64,000 bases of DNA, taken from positions 3,048-67,047 of the forward strand of contig JBBTSU010000005.1 of the NCBI GenBank assembly GCA_038078715.1. Direction: 5' to 3'. Positions 44,331 through 52,438 of this stretch are shown piece by piece; the stretch's first letter is position 1; each line of letters starts with the position of its first letter. The notes beneath the pieces are model-generated. The model saw only the letters and a program-made list of their open reading frames with translations. It searched no databases and was not told where the DNA came from. Position numbers and translations under genes: made by a program. Origin of the DNA: Patescibacteria group bacterium (GTDB lineage: Bacteria; Patescibacteriota; Minisyncoccia; Phycocordibacterales; Phycocordibacteraceae).

Positions 44331-45590
44331 CTACTTCCCCGTTACAAGGAACTGCACTGCACGCTCCTTCTGTGGGTCCTTTCCTGCCTTCTTCTCTTCT
44401 GGCGTACGCTCTACTTCTATATCAGGAGTAAGACCTCCGGCAGAAATGGAATCTCCTGAAGGAGTAATCCAGCGAGCAATGGTGATCTTGAGTGCCCCTC
44501 CATCCACATCAATAAGTTCCTGCACGGATCCCTTTCCAAAGGATTTCGTGCCAATCAAGGTGGCAACTTCATGATCACGAAGAGCCCCTGCGACGATCTC
44601 AGAGGCAGAGGCTGATCCTTTATCTATCAAGATCACGATCTTCGTTCCTGCATTCACTCCACCTGATCCTGAAGAACGGTGCACAAGGTTATCGCGTTTT
44701 CCATCGTAGTCTTCCGTCACCACCACTTCTCCCTTTGGGAGGAAGCGGCTGGAGATTTGCACTGCGGCAGAAAGATACCCTCCTGGGTTTCCACGAAGAT
44801 CTATCAGGAGTTTTGTAGAGCCCGTCTTGCGGAAGTCAGTAAGTGCATCCGCAAACAAACGATTCGCCGTTGCGGTGAAGCTGTGGAGGGTGATGGTGTA
44901 GATTCCCGTCTCGGCGTCGTACTCCTGATCAAGGGTTGGAACCTGGATGATGTCGCGGATGATGGTGATCTCAAGCACTTCTCCATCTCGAAGCACCCGG
45001 AAGGTCACCGGCGTTCCCTTGTCGCCACGGATGTACTTCACCCCCTCCTCAACCGTCATGCCTGTGGTATCTACATCCCCGATTGCAAGAATACGGTCCC
45101 CTGCCTCAAGACCTGCCTTCTCTGCCGGAGAGTTCTTGAGTGGCGCAATCACCGTAAGAACACGGTCCTCATCCAGTCCAATCTCCGCACCAATACCACT
45201 GAAGTTCCCCATGATGTCGTCCTTGAAGATCTTTGCATCTTCGGGTGCGAGATACATAGTGTAGGGATCCCCATATGAACCCGCAAGTCCCTGAATTGCA
45301 CCCCAGATGCGTTCCTGTGCGGTTGGCATCGTAGAACTTGCACTTGTCTGCACAAATCGTCCTTCAAGTGTGTTCCATGCCTTCCAGAAGTTTGCGAGGT
45401 CTGCCGTCGTATCAGGCGTGGAATCAAGTCCCATCCCAAGAAGTGGAAGACTGTCCGCAAAGATGCGGCTTCCGGTTCCTGCTCCGGTCACTACACCCGC
45501 ACCGAAGGAAAGCACGACGACGACCGCAAGAATAACCGCCGCGCGCGCAATATCTCCAAAACGACGACGTGAGGGAGTTTCAAAGGCCAT
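44331..45590 (-). CDS. ctpA: carboxyl-terminal processing protease (S41 family) with PDZ domain
   Basis: 'LIDLRGNPGGYLSAAVQISSRFL' (S41 catalytic Ser region), the Lys region 'SASASEIVAGAL', a PDZ segment, and an N-terminal TM. Confidence 0.85.
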   Translation of the reverse strand: MAFETPSRRRFGDIARAAVILAVVVVLSFGAGVVTGAGTGSRIFADSLPLLGMGLDSTPDTTADLANFWKAWNTLEGRFVQTSASSTMPTAQERIWGAIQGLAGSYGDPYTMYLAPEDAKIFKDDIMGNFSGIGAEIGLDEDRVLTVIAPLKNSPAEKAGLEAGDRILAIGDVDTTGMTVEEGVKYIRGDKGTPVTFRVLRDGEVLEITIIRDIIQVPTLDQEYDAETGIYTITLHSFTATANRLFADALTDFRKTGSTKLLIDLRGNPGGYLSAAVQISSRFLPKGEVVVTEDYDGKRDNLVHRSSGSGGVNAGTKIVILIDKGSASASEIVAGALRDHEVATLIGTKSFGKGSVQELIDVDGGALKITIARWITPSGDSISAGGLTPDIEVERTPEEKKAGKDPQKERAVQFLVTGK

Positions 45591-45612
45591 AGATAAGAGA
45601 ATTATATCATAG

Positions 45613-45621
45613 TGCTATACT
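45613..45621 (+). promoter_or_regulatory. extended -10 element TGCTATACT upstream of cysS
   Basis: Identical 9-mer to the one upstream of purF; about 36 nt before the cysS ATG. Confidence 0.4.
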
Positions 45622-45657
45622 CATTTTGTCGGCATTCACGCCCTTTTCTATCCTCAC

Positions 45658-47091
45658 ATGTGGCCTTTTAGTACCAAGAAGACTATTACTGTTCCCCTCT
45701 TTCTCACGAACACCCTTTCGGGGTCTAAAGATCAGTTTCTTCCGTTTGTTGCAGGTCGTGCGACCCTGTATTCCTGTGGTCCGACAGTGTATGGGCCCCA
45801 GCACATCGGAAACCTCCGTGCCGCGGTATTTGCCGATACCGTTGCCCGTGCCCTTAAGGCTGCAGGCTACCAGCTCCGACGTGTCATTAACATCACCGAC
45901 GTCGGACACTTGGTTGGCGACGGAGACGAAGGTGAAGACAAGATGGTAGTCGGTGCACGTGCAGAAAAGACAACTCCTAAAGAGATTGCGAATCGCTACA
46001 CCACCCGCTATCTAGATGACATCAAGGCACTCAATCTTGATCTCTCTGATATTCACTTCCCTCGCGCAACTGAATACATTCCTCAACAGATAGAGATGAT
46101 TAAGGCGCTTGAGAAGAAGGGTCTTACCTACAAAACAGGCGACGGTATTTATTTTGATACGGAACTCTTTCCGTCCTACGGAAAACTTGGAAACCAAAAA
46201 GAAGTGGCACAGCAGGCCGGCACTCGTGTTTCTACCGAAGGAAAGAAAAACCCTCGTGACTTTGCACTCTGGCGTTTTGCAGGATCAAGTGATTTGCAGA
46301 AATGGGATTCTCCATGGGGTGAAGGAAATCCGGGATGGAGCATTGAGTGCTCAGCGATGAGTCGTGCACTCCTCGGTGAGACCATTGATGTGCACACCGG
46401 CGGACAAGATCACATCAGCGTGCACCACAACAATGAGATTGCGCAGTCAGAAGGTGCAAGTGGCAAACCATTTGTGCGCTACTGGCTCCACAATGCCTTC
46501 CTCACCATTGAAGGCGCAAAGATTTCTAAATCCGTTGGAAACGTCCACACGCTTTCTGAAGTGATTGAGCGCGGCTTCCATCCGCTCGCACTCCGTTACT
46601 TCTTCTTGCAAGCACACTATCGCACTCCCCTTTCCTTCTCTTGGGAAGCACTGAAGGCTGCGGAAACTGGACTTGAAGGACTCTGGAAGACCACACGTGA
46701 TATTAAGAAGAAATCCCGTGGCAAAGCATCCTCTTCCCCATACGCGATAGAACTTCGGAGCATCTTTCTTGACGACCTTTCTACCCCTCAGGTCCTCGCC
46801 GCACTCTTCAAGGCGCTTGGAGATGACGACCTGACCATAGAACAGAAATGGGGCCTCCTTACAGAGGCAGATGCCCTTCTCGGACTTTCCCTCATAGAGC
46901 CTCCACAAGACGCGCATATAGGGCTCCACGACCTCCCAGAGGCAGTCCAGTCTCTCTATGCCGAGCGTGTAGAAGCAAAGAAACAGAAGGATTATGCTCG
47001 TGCAGACGAACTTCGTATCCACATAGAGAACAGTGGATATCGTGTTGAAGACACGGCTTCTGGACCCCTCTTCACCAGACTGGAAAGATAG
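45658..47091 (+). CDS. cysS: cysteinyl-tRNA synthetase
   Basis: 'LYSCGPTVYGPQHIGNLRAAV' (HIGH-type), 'KISKSVGN' (KMSKS), and the Zn-ligand context 'WSIECSAM'. Confidence 0.9.
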   Translation: MWPFSTKKTITVPLFLTNTLSGSKDQFLPFVAGRATLYSCGPTVYGPQHIGNLRAAVFADTVARALKAAGYQLRRVINITDVGHLVGDGDEGEDKMVVGARAEKTTPKEIANRYTTRYLDDIKALNLDLSDIHFPRATEYIPQQIEMIKALEKKGLTYKTGDGIYFDTELFPSYGKLGNQKEVAQQAGTRVSTEGKKNPRDFALWRFAGSSDLQKWDSPWGEGNPGWSIECSAMSRALLGETIDVHTGGQDHISVHHNNEIAQSEGASGKPFVRYWLHNAFLTIEGAKISKSVGNVHTLSEVIERGFHPLALRYFFLQAHYRTPLSFSWEALKAAETGLEGLWKTTRDIKKKSRGKASSSPYAIELRSIFLDDLSTPQVLAALFKALGDDDLTIEQKWGLLTEADALLGLSLIEPPQDAHIGLHDLPEAVQSLYAERVEAKKQKDYARADELRIHIENSGYRVEDTASGPLFTRLER

Positions 47092-47105
47092 TAGAATAGG
47101 CCTCT

Positions 47106-48461
47106 ATGGCCGCAGATCGTATTCCTCCACAAAGTCTTGAAGCAGAGCGCGGACTTCTAGGTGCGCTTCTATTAAAGCCAGATGCCATTCATGACATCGG
47201 AGATTCCGTCATGCCGGATTCTTTTTATGCGGAAAAACACCGTTTGATCTTTGAGGCGATGAAAGAACTCTCTGATCGCGGAGAGCCTATAGATATTCTT
47301 TCCCTCTCTGAACGCCTTACGACAAAGGGCACCCTTGAGCGTTCAGGTGGTCGTGCCTACATCGCAGAACTTGCAGGAAGCGCTCCTGCGCCAGGAAACT
47401 TTGCACACTACGCAGAGCTTGTGTCTCGTAAGCACCTGATGCGTGAGCTTATCGGCGCGGCGTATGAAATAAATGAAGCTGCATACGATGAAGGCCGTGA
47501 AGCAGAGGAAGTGCTTGATGAGGCTGAGAAGAAAGTGATGGCGGTTAGTAACGGTACGGGTGTCCATAAGTTCACCGCAATCTCCGACAAACTTGATGAC
47601 GCATGGGAGCGCATTGAAGCGATGTCTAAGAAAGAGGGTGGCGTGCGTGGTATTCCGACTGGATTCCCTGAACTGGATAACATGCTCTCTGGTCTTCATC
47701 CTTCTGATCTCGTGATTCTTGCCGCACGTCCCTCCGTCGGTAAGACCTCACTTGCACTTGATATCGCACGTAACACCGCAGTGAAGCACGGAACTCCTGT
47801 GGGTATCTTCTCTCTTGAAATGAGCTCTGAGCAGCTCGTGGATCGTATGCTTGCTGCTGAGTCCTATGTGGACTCATGGAAGATGCGCACCGGTGCGGTT
47901 CGTGCAGAAGATGACTTCGCTAAGATTCGTGACGCGCTTGAGACTCTTTCCAAGGCTCCTATTTATATAGACGACAAACCTGGTAATAACATTCTTGCCA
48001 TGCGTGCAGTGGCACGTCGCTTGAAGCGTGAACGCGGTATCGGACTTCTTGTGGTGGACTACCTCCAGCTCATGGAGCCAGTGGGGTCCAAGCACTCTGA
48101 CTCTATGGTGCAGCAGGTGACTGAGATCTCTCGCTCCTTGAAGTCGCTTGCTCGTGAGCTCAACGTACCGGTGCTTGCCCTTTCCCAGCTCTCTCGTGCG
48201 GTGGAACAGCGAGGAGGTAAGCCTCGTCTTTCAGACCTTCGTGACTCCGGTTCTATTGAGCAGGATGCGGACGTGGTCATGTTCATCCATCGTGAAGACA
48301 AACGTAATCCCGACGCAGAACCGACCAATGTTGCTGAGATTCTTATTGAAAAGCATCGTAACGGTCCCACCGGACGTGTGGAGCTCCACTTTGATGACAA
48401 GCGTGCCACATTCATGTCGGTTGACCGTTCTGGCTATGGGGATCTCGCAACTGAGTTCTAA
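47106..48461 (+). CDS. dnaB: replicative DNA helicase DnaB
   Basis: N-terminal 'PPQSLEAERGLLGALLL', Walker A 'ARPSVGKTSLALD', and the RecA-like C-terminal domain. Confidence 0.9.
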   Translation: MAADRIPPQSLEAERGLLGALLLKPDAIHDIGDSVMPDSFYAEKHRLIFEAMKELSDRGEPIDILSLSERLTTKGTLERSGGRAYIAELAGSAPAPGNFAHYAELVSRKHLMRELIGAAYEINEAAYDEGREAEEVLDEAEKKVMAVSNGTGVHKFTAISDKLDDAWERIEAMSKKEGGVRGIPTGFPELDNMLSGLHPSDLVILAARPSVGKTSLALDIARNTAVKHGTPVGIFSLEMSSEQLVDRMLAAESYVDSWKMRTGAVRAEDDFAKIRDALETLSKAPIYIDDKPGNNILAMRAVARRLKRERGIGLLVVDYLQLMEPVGSKHSDSMVQQVTEISRSLKSLARELNVPVLALSQLSRAVEQRGGKPRLSDLRDSGSIEQDADVVMFIHREDKRNPDAEPTNVAEILIEKHRNGPTGRVELHFDDKRATFMSVDRSGYGDLATEF

Positions 48462-48464
48462 GAT

Positions 48465-49067
48465 ATGGCTGACCGCGTAGAAGAACTCGCCCGACTCTTT
48501 GAACGCTTCCCTGGCATTGGTCCTCGCCAGGCAAAGCGCTTTGTGTACCACCTTCTCACCATTCCTCAAGGAGATCGTGCAAAGCTCGGAAACACCATTA
48601 CCGAACTTGCGACTGATGTGAAGCAGTGTGTGGACTGTATGCGCTTCGCAAACGGTGGGGGTCCGAAGTGTTCATACTGCGCAGACACGTCTCGTGATGA
48701 TTCCCTTCTTCTTGTGCTTGAGAAAGATCAGGATCTTGCCGCGATGGAGCGTGCCAGCACCTACAGAGGTCGTTACTTCGTGCTTGGTGGCGTGCTTACC
48801 CTTTCTGGTAAGGGAGTGATTCGTGAAAAAGAGCTCGTGCGTAGCGTAGAGGCACGAGTGAAAAACGGACTTAAAGAAGTCGTGCTCGCACTCTCTGCAA
48901 CGTCTGAAGGAGAGAATACGACAGACCGTGTACGTGAATTGCTCCGTCCCTTCCGTGATCAGGTGAAGATCACTGCACTTGGTCGCGGCCTTGCCACCGG
49001 CTCTGAACTTGAATACGCCGATAAAGAAACACTGAAAGGAGCGCTTCAAAATAGAAGAGAGGCTTAG
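48465..49067 (+). CDS. recR: recombination protein RecR
   Basis: HhH 'FPGIGPRQAKRFVYHLL', C4 zinc finger 'CVDCMRF...CSYC', and a Toprim domain. Confidence 0.9.
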   Translation: MADRVEELARLFERFPGIGPRQAKRFVYHLLTIPQGDRAKLGNTITELATDVKQCVDCMRFANGGGPKCSYCADTSRDDSLLLVLEKDQDLAAMERASTYRGRYFVLGGVLTLSGKGVIREKELVRSVEARVKNGLKEVVLALSATSEGENTTDRVRELLRPFRDQVKITALGRGLATGSELEYADKETLKGALQNRREA

Positions 49068-49849
49068 ACTTTTGTTTTGGGTCGTCCCTGTCTAATCCCT
49101 ACCGCTTCTTTCGCTCGCTTCGTGAGAAGTCTGAGGGTAAATTTTTCTATAGTGTCCGCCTCCATTGGCGTGCCTAACATGGAATATGCCTGTGCAGCGA
49201 GTTCTTCTCCTGAGGCGTGTAACTTGTACTTCATATACAAGAGACGTACTGCAACCTTGACGTGCGTGAGTGGAATGTTTCCTTTTAACTTCCCGGCGGA
49301 AGGAAGCTGACGTCCACTCCCTTGCAACCCCTGATCAACCGTATGAAAGATAAGATGCCGTGGAAGATGAAACACATCGTCTTCCAGAACTTTGAGTTCT
49401 TCTTCTATTCCTGATTCTTCCGGTGCCATGATTGCATGCCAACGACGATACAAACGTGCAGATTCCGAAATCTCTCCTGCGTACTCCGTCATCCATTTTG
49501 ATACCTGAACCTTTACGGTGGTTGCCTTTACGGCACTACCTACCCCTCGCATCTTACGTGTCGCACTAAGCACTTCCGCAATTTCCTCCATAGAGCGTCC
49601 ATCTACATACATCACGGCAAGTCGGAGTCGGTCTTCAAGAGGCCAGCAATTCTTCCCTGCAGCCTCAGTATGATTTCTACATGCATCCGTCAGTAACTCA
49701 CCAAAGGTGAGTCCCCGTGTCGCAATTAAAGCTGCAAGACTTTCCTCTTTTGCTTCAGCAATCTGTGCAAGAGGAATCTGTCCTACTGGGTGTTCAGGAA
49801 GAAGCATCTCCCCAACTCTCCTGAGTGGTGTGTGTGGACCTTCAGACAT
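49064..49849 (-). CDS. hypothetical DNA-binding protein with sigma-70 region-4-like HTH
   Basis: 'LEDRLRLAVMYVDGRSMEEIAEVLSATRKMRGVGSAVKATTVKV' resembles a sigma70 r4/LuxR-type HTH. The start is trimmed to 49849 because the first 10 codons of the track ORF lie inside the rplU terminator hairpin. Confidence 0.5.
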   Translation of the reverse strand: MSEGPHTPLRRVGEMLLPEHPVGQIPLAQIAEAKEESLAALIATRGLTFGELLTDACRNHTEAAGKNCWPLEDRLRLAVMYVDGRSMEEIAEVLSATRKMRGVGSAVKATTVKVQVSKWMTEYAGEISESARLYRRWHAIMAPEESGIEEELKVLEDDVFHLPRHLIFHTVDQGLQGSGRQLPSAGKLKGNIPLTHVKVAVRLLYMKYKLHASGEELAAQAYSMLGTPMEADTIEKFTLRLLTKRAKEAVGIRQGRPKTKV

Positions 49850-49864
49850 AGAAACAGTATATAA

Positions 49865-49890
49865 GAAAAACTCCCGCATGAAGCGGGAGT
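49865..49890 (-). terminator. rho-independent terminator of rplU
   Basis: On the minus strand: stem 'actcccgc'/'gcgggagt' (8 bp) then 'ttttt'. Confidence 0.7.
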
Positions 49891-49898
49891 TCTAAGGG

Positions 49899-50231
49899 TT
49901 AGGAGACTGAATCTACCTTTACCTTGATAAACGGCTGGCGGTGGCCACGACGTTTCAAGTAACGGCTCTTTGCCTTGTACTTCACCACATCAATCTTCTT
50001 TGCGCGGCCGACTACCTGTACGGTTGCCTTTACTGAAGCTCCCTTTACAGAAGGAGTACCAAGCGTGACATCAGAACCGTTGTCGGTCATAAGCACCTCA
50101 TCAAAGGTCACTACATCACCTTTCTTAAGTTCTTTGGTGTTGATGCCACGACCAAGCTTCTCAATCGTGATGACTGAGCCCTTGGAGACAACAAACTGCT
50201 TACCTCCAGTCTTTACTACTGCGATATCCAT
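49899..50231 (-). CDS. rplU: 50S ribosomal protein L21
   Basis: 'MDIAVVKTGGKQFVVSKGSVI...VKYKAKSRYLKRRGHRQPF' is the L21 signature. Confidence 0.9.
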   Translation of the reverse strand: MDIAVVKTGGKQFVVSKGSVITIEKLGRGINTKELKKGDVVTFDEVLMTDNGSDVTLGTPSVKGASVKATVQVVGRAKKIDVVKYKAKSRYLKRRGHRQPFIKVKVDSVS

Positions 50232-50240
50232 AATCCGGCT

Positions 50241-50269
50241 ACTCTACCCGAAAAGCGTATATATGTAAA
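50241..50269 (-). promoter_or_regulatory. putative promoter of rplU (TTTACA-N17-TAGAGT)
   Basis: On the minus strand: -35 at 50269-50264, 17-nt spacer, -10 at 50246-50241, about 10 nt upstream of the rplU ATG. Confidence 0.35.
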
Positions 50270-50325
50270 TACAGGCTCCGAGGTCGCTAAAGACTCATGA
50301 ACCCACATATATGGGTATTGTCAAA

Positions 50326-51402
50326 CTACGTATCCTCTCCCATCTGTGGCTTGTCAAGAAGTGCGGTTTCAATTCCCACCTTCTCTCCTGAAATGCGGTA
50401 TACATCCTTATCAATCTTCCCGAGCTCTTTGTATGAGGCGTTGTAGTGCGAGACGGCGGTACCAAGGGCATTGCCAAGCTTCTGATAGTACCCACCCCAG
50501 CTATCAATGTGCTTGGTGAGTTCCGACACACGCTTCTGGATCTCTTCTGCACGCTTCTCAATCTTGAGTGCATTCAGTCCCACCAACACCGTCTGGAGAT
50601 ACGCGAGGAATGAAGTCGGGGAGACGATGATGACTTTGTTTTTTGCTGCGGCGCGCTGAAGCAAGTTCTCATCCTCTGCGGCTCCGACCTGATTTGTAAG
50701 CAGATCGTAGTAGATGCCTTCTGAAGGAATGAACATGAATGCAAAATCCATGGTTCCCTCTTCAGGACGAATGTACTTAGACGTCTCCTGAATACGGAGC
50801 TTGAGGTCATTCACGAACGCTTTCTCTAATGCAGCGCGCTCAGAGGGTTCACAATTAATGAGACGATTGTAGTTTTCAAGAGAGAACTTGGAGTCCACCG
50901 GAACCACCTTGCCGTTCACAAACACCACGGCGTCCACGATTTCGCCATTCGCAAACGGATACTGGATCTGATAGCCATCCGGCGGAAGCACATTTTTTAG
51001 TGTGGTCTCTAGATAGTATTCGCCAAGCACACCACGCTGCTTTGGGTTCTTAAGCACATCCTGCAGCGACTTAAGCTGCTCGGTGAAGCCCTGAGTCTGG
51101 CGGCCAATCTCTTTGACCGAGGTAATCTCTTCCGTGATCTCTTTAATGAGGCGAGAGGATTCTCCAAGCTGGGCACGCACGGTCTCATTCATCTGCTTAG
51201 ACGATTCACTCACCCGCGCATCAAGGGTCTGGCGAAGTTCCTGAAGCTGCTGCTGGAGGAGCATGAACCCGCCCTGGTCTGCCTCAGGCGCTTTCTTGTT
51301 TCTAAGAAGGAAATACAGTGCCCCCTGCGCGACAAGTACAACAAGGACGATAATACCGATAGTAAGGAAATCCATTCCCCCAATTATACCCGTGTATAAC
51401 AA
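50326..51402 (-). CDS. rmuC: DNA recombination protein RmuC
   Basis: N-terminal TM, long coiled coil, and the C-terminal 'DFAFMFIPSEGIYYDLL' RmuC nuclease-like domain. Confidence 0.8.
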   Translation of the reverse strand: MLYTGIIGGMDFLTIGIIVLVVLVAQGALYFLLRNKKAPEADQGGFMLLQQQLQELRQTLDARVSESSKQMNETVRAQLGESSRLIKEITEEITSVKEIGRQTQGFTEQLKSLQDVLKNPKQRGVLGEYYLETTLKNVLPPDGYQIQYPFANGEIVDAVVFVNGKVVPVDSKFSLENYNRLINCEPSERAALEKAFVNDLKLRIQETSKYIRPEEGTMDFAFMFIPSEGIYYDLLTNQVGAAEDENLLQRAAAKNKVIIVSPTSFLAYLQTVLVGLNALKIEKRAEEIQKRVSELTKHIDSWGGYYQKLGNALGTAVSHYNASYKELGKIDKDVYRISGEKVGIETALLDKPQMGEDT

Positions 51403-51425
51403 GAATTGCCCACCTTCCCAGTGCT

Positions 51426-52178
51426 ATGATTTTCGTAATGGCTGACACACAGTACCTTGTTACTCCTTCTCCGCTCGTTCTCGATAACGCCGAGCGTAAA
51501 TACGTCCTTACCGTCCACGATCTTCCGCTGGACGAGCGTCCTCGTGAGCGCTTGATTGCCGAAGGACCTGCATCCCTGTCTACCACCGAACTTATGGCCG
51601 TCCTTCTTAACGTTGGGACCACCAAAGAAGACGTGCTGGGAATGGCTCGACGCATTATGCAGGACTATGGCGAGCGTGGCGTCATGAGCCAGACCAGTGC
51701 TGAGCGTCTGTCTAAAGATCTTGATATCCCTCTTGGTAAAGCCTCACAGATTGTGGCAGCGGGAGAGCTTGGACGCCGCTTCTTTGAGCGTAATGGAAGT
51801 GGCGCACCTACCATTCGCACCGCACGTGAAGTGTATGAGCATGTCGCCGATATGCGTTCCCTCTCAAAAGAACACCTTCGCGGACTTTATTTGAATGCAC
51901 ACTACAAAGTGATTCATGACGAAGTGATTTCTATCGGTACCGTAGATGCAAACATTGTGCACCCGCGCGAAGTGTTCCGCCCCGCGCTTGAGTACTCCGC
52001 TGCTGCCGTCATTCTCGTGCACAATCACCCTTCAGGTGTGACTGATCCTTCTTCAGCAGATCTTCAGGTCACTGAGCAGCTGGTCGCCGCTGGCAACCAA
52101 CTTGGTATTCCACTTGTAGACCACGTCATTGTGACGAAAGAAGGCTTTGCGAGCGTGCCTATTCGCTATCAAGTATGA
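51426..52178 (+). CDS. radC: RadC-family JAMM/MPN protein
   Basis: 'ERPRERLIAEG' HhH region and the JAMM motif 'VILVHNHPSGVTDPSSAD'. The start may instead be the ATG at 51439, with a TATGAT -10 box at 51425-51430. Confidence 0.8.
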   Translation: MIFVMADTQYLVTPSPLVLDNAERKYVLTVHDLPLDERPRERLIAEGPASLSTTELMAVLLNVGTTKEDVLGMARRIMQDYGERGVMSQTSAERLSKDLDIPLGKASQIVAAGELGRRFFERNGSGAPTIRTAREVYEHVADMRSLSKEHLRGLYLNAHYKVIHDEVISIGTVDANIVHPREVFRPALEYSAAAVILVHNHPSGVTDPSSADLQVTEQLVAAGNQLGIPLVDHVIVTKEGFASVPIRYQV

Positions 52179-52438
52179 ACGAACGTGTGTACGTCCTCTC
52201 TCCTCTTTTCTATACCTTCCGCGACGCGGCAGACGACCACCGTATTGAGCGTCTTGAGTTCCATGTAAAAAGCGGAGACTACTTCCCCATGCTCGCGACT
52301 ATCCTTGGCTTTGTAGAAGAAACCATAGCGCAGTGTGGTAAATCAGAGCTCGCAGAACGTCAGTACACCCTTCTTAAGGATGTGAAGAAAGATCTCACGC
52401 ACTTGCACCAGAAGTACGAAATTAAGAAGAAGGACTAA
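52175..52438 (+). CDS. hypothetical small protein (87 aa)
   Basis: ORF overlapping the radC stop by 4 nt and the convergent ATPase 3' end by 4 nt. Confidence 0.35.
   Translation: MNERVYVLSPLFYTFRDAADDHRIERLEFHVKSGDYFPMLATILGFVEETIAQCGKSELAERQYTLLKDVKKDLTHLHQKYEIKKKD

Noticed and set aside
49850-49879. First 10 codons (MREFFLYTVS) of the sigma-r4-like ORF.
   Set aside because: They are the reverse complement of the rplU intrinsic terminator hairpin. The start was moved to the internal ATG at 49849.
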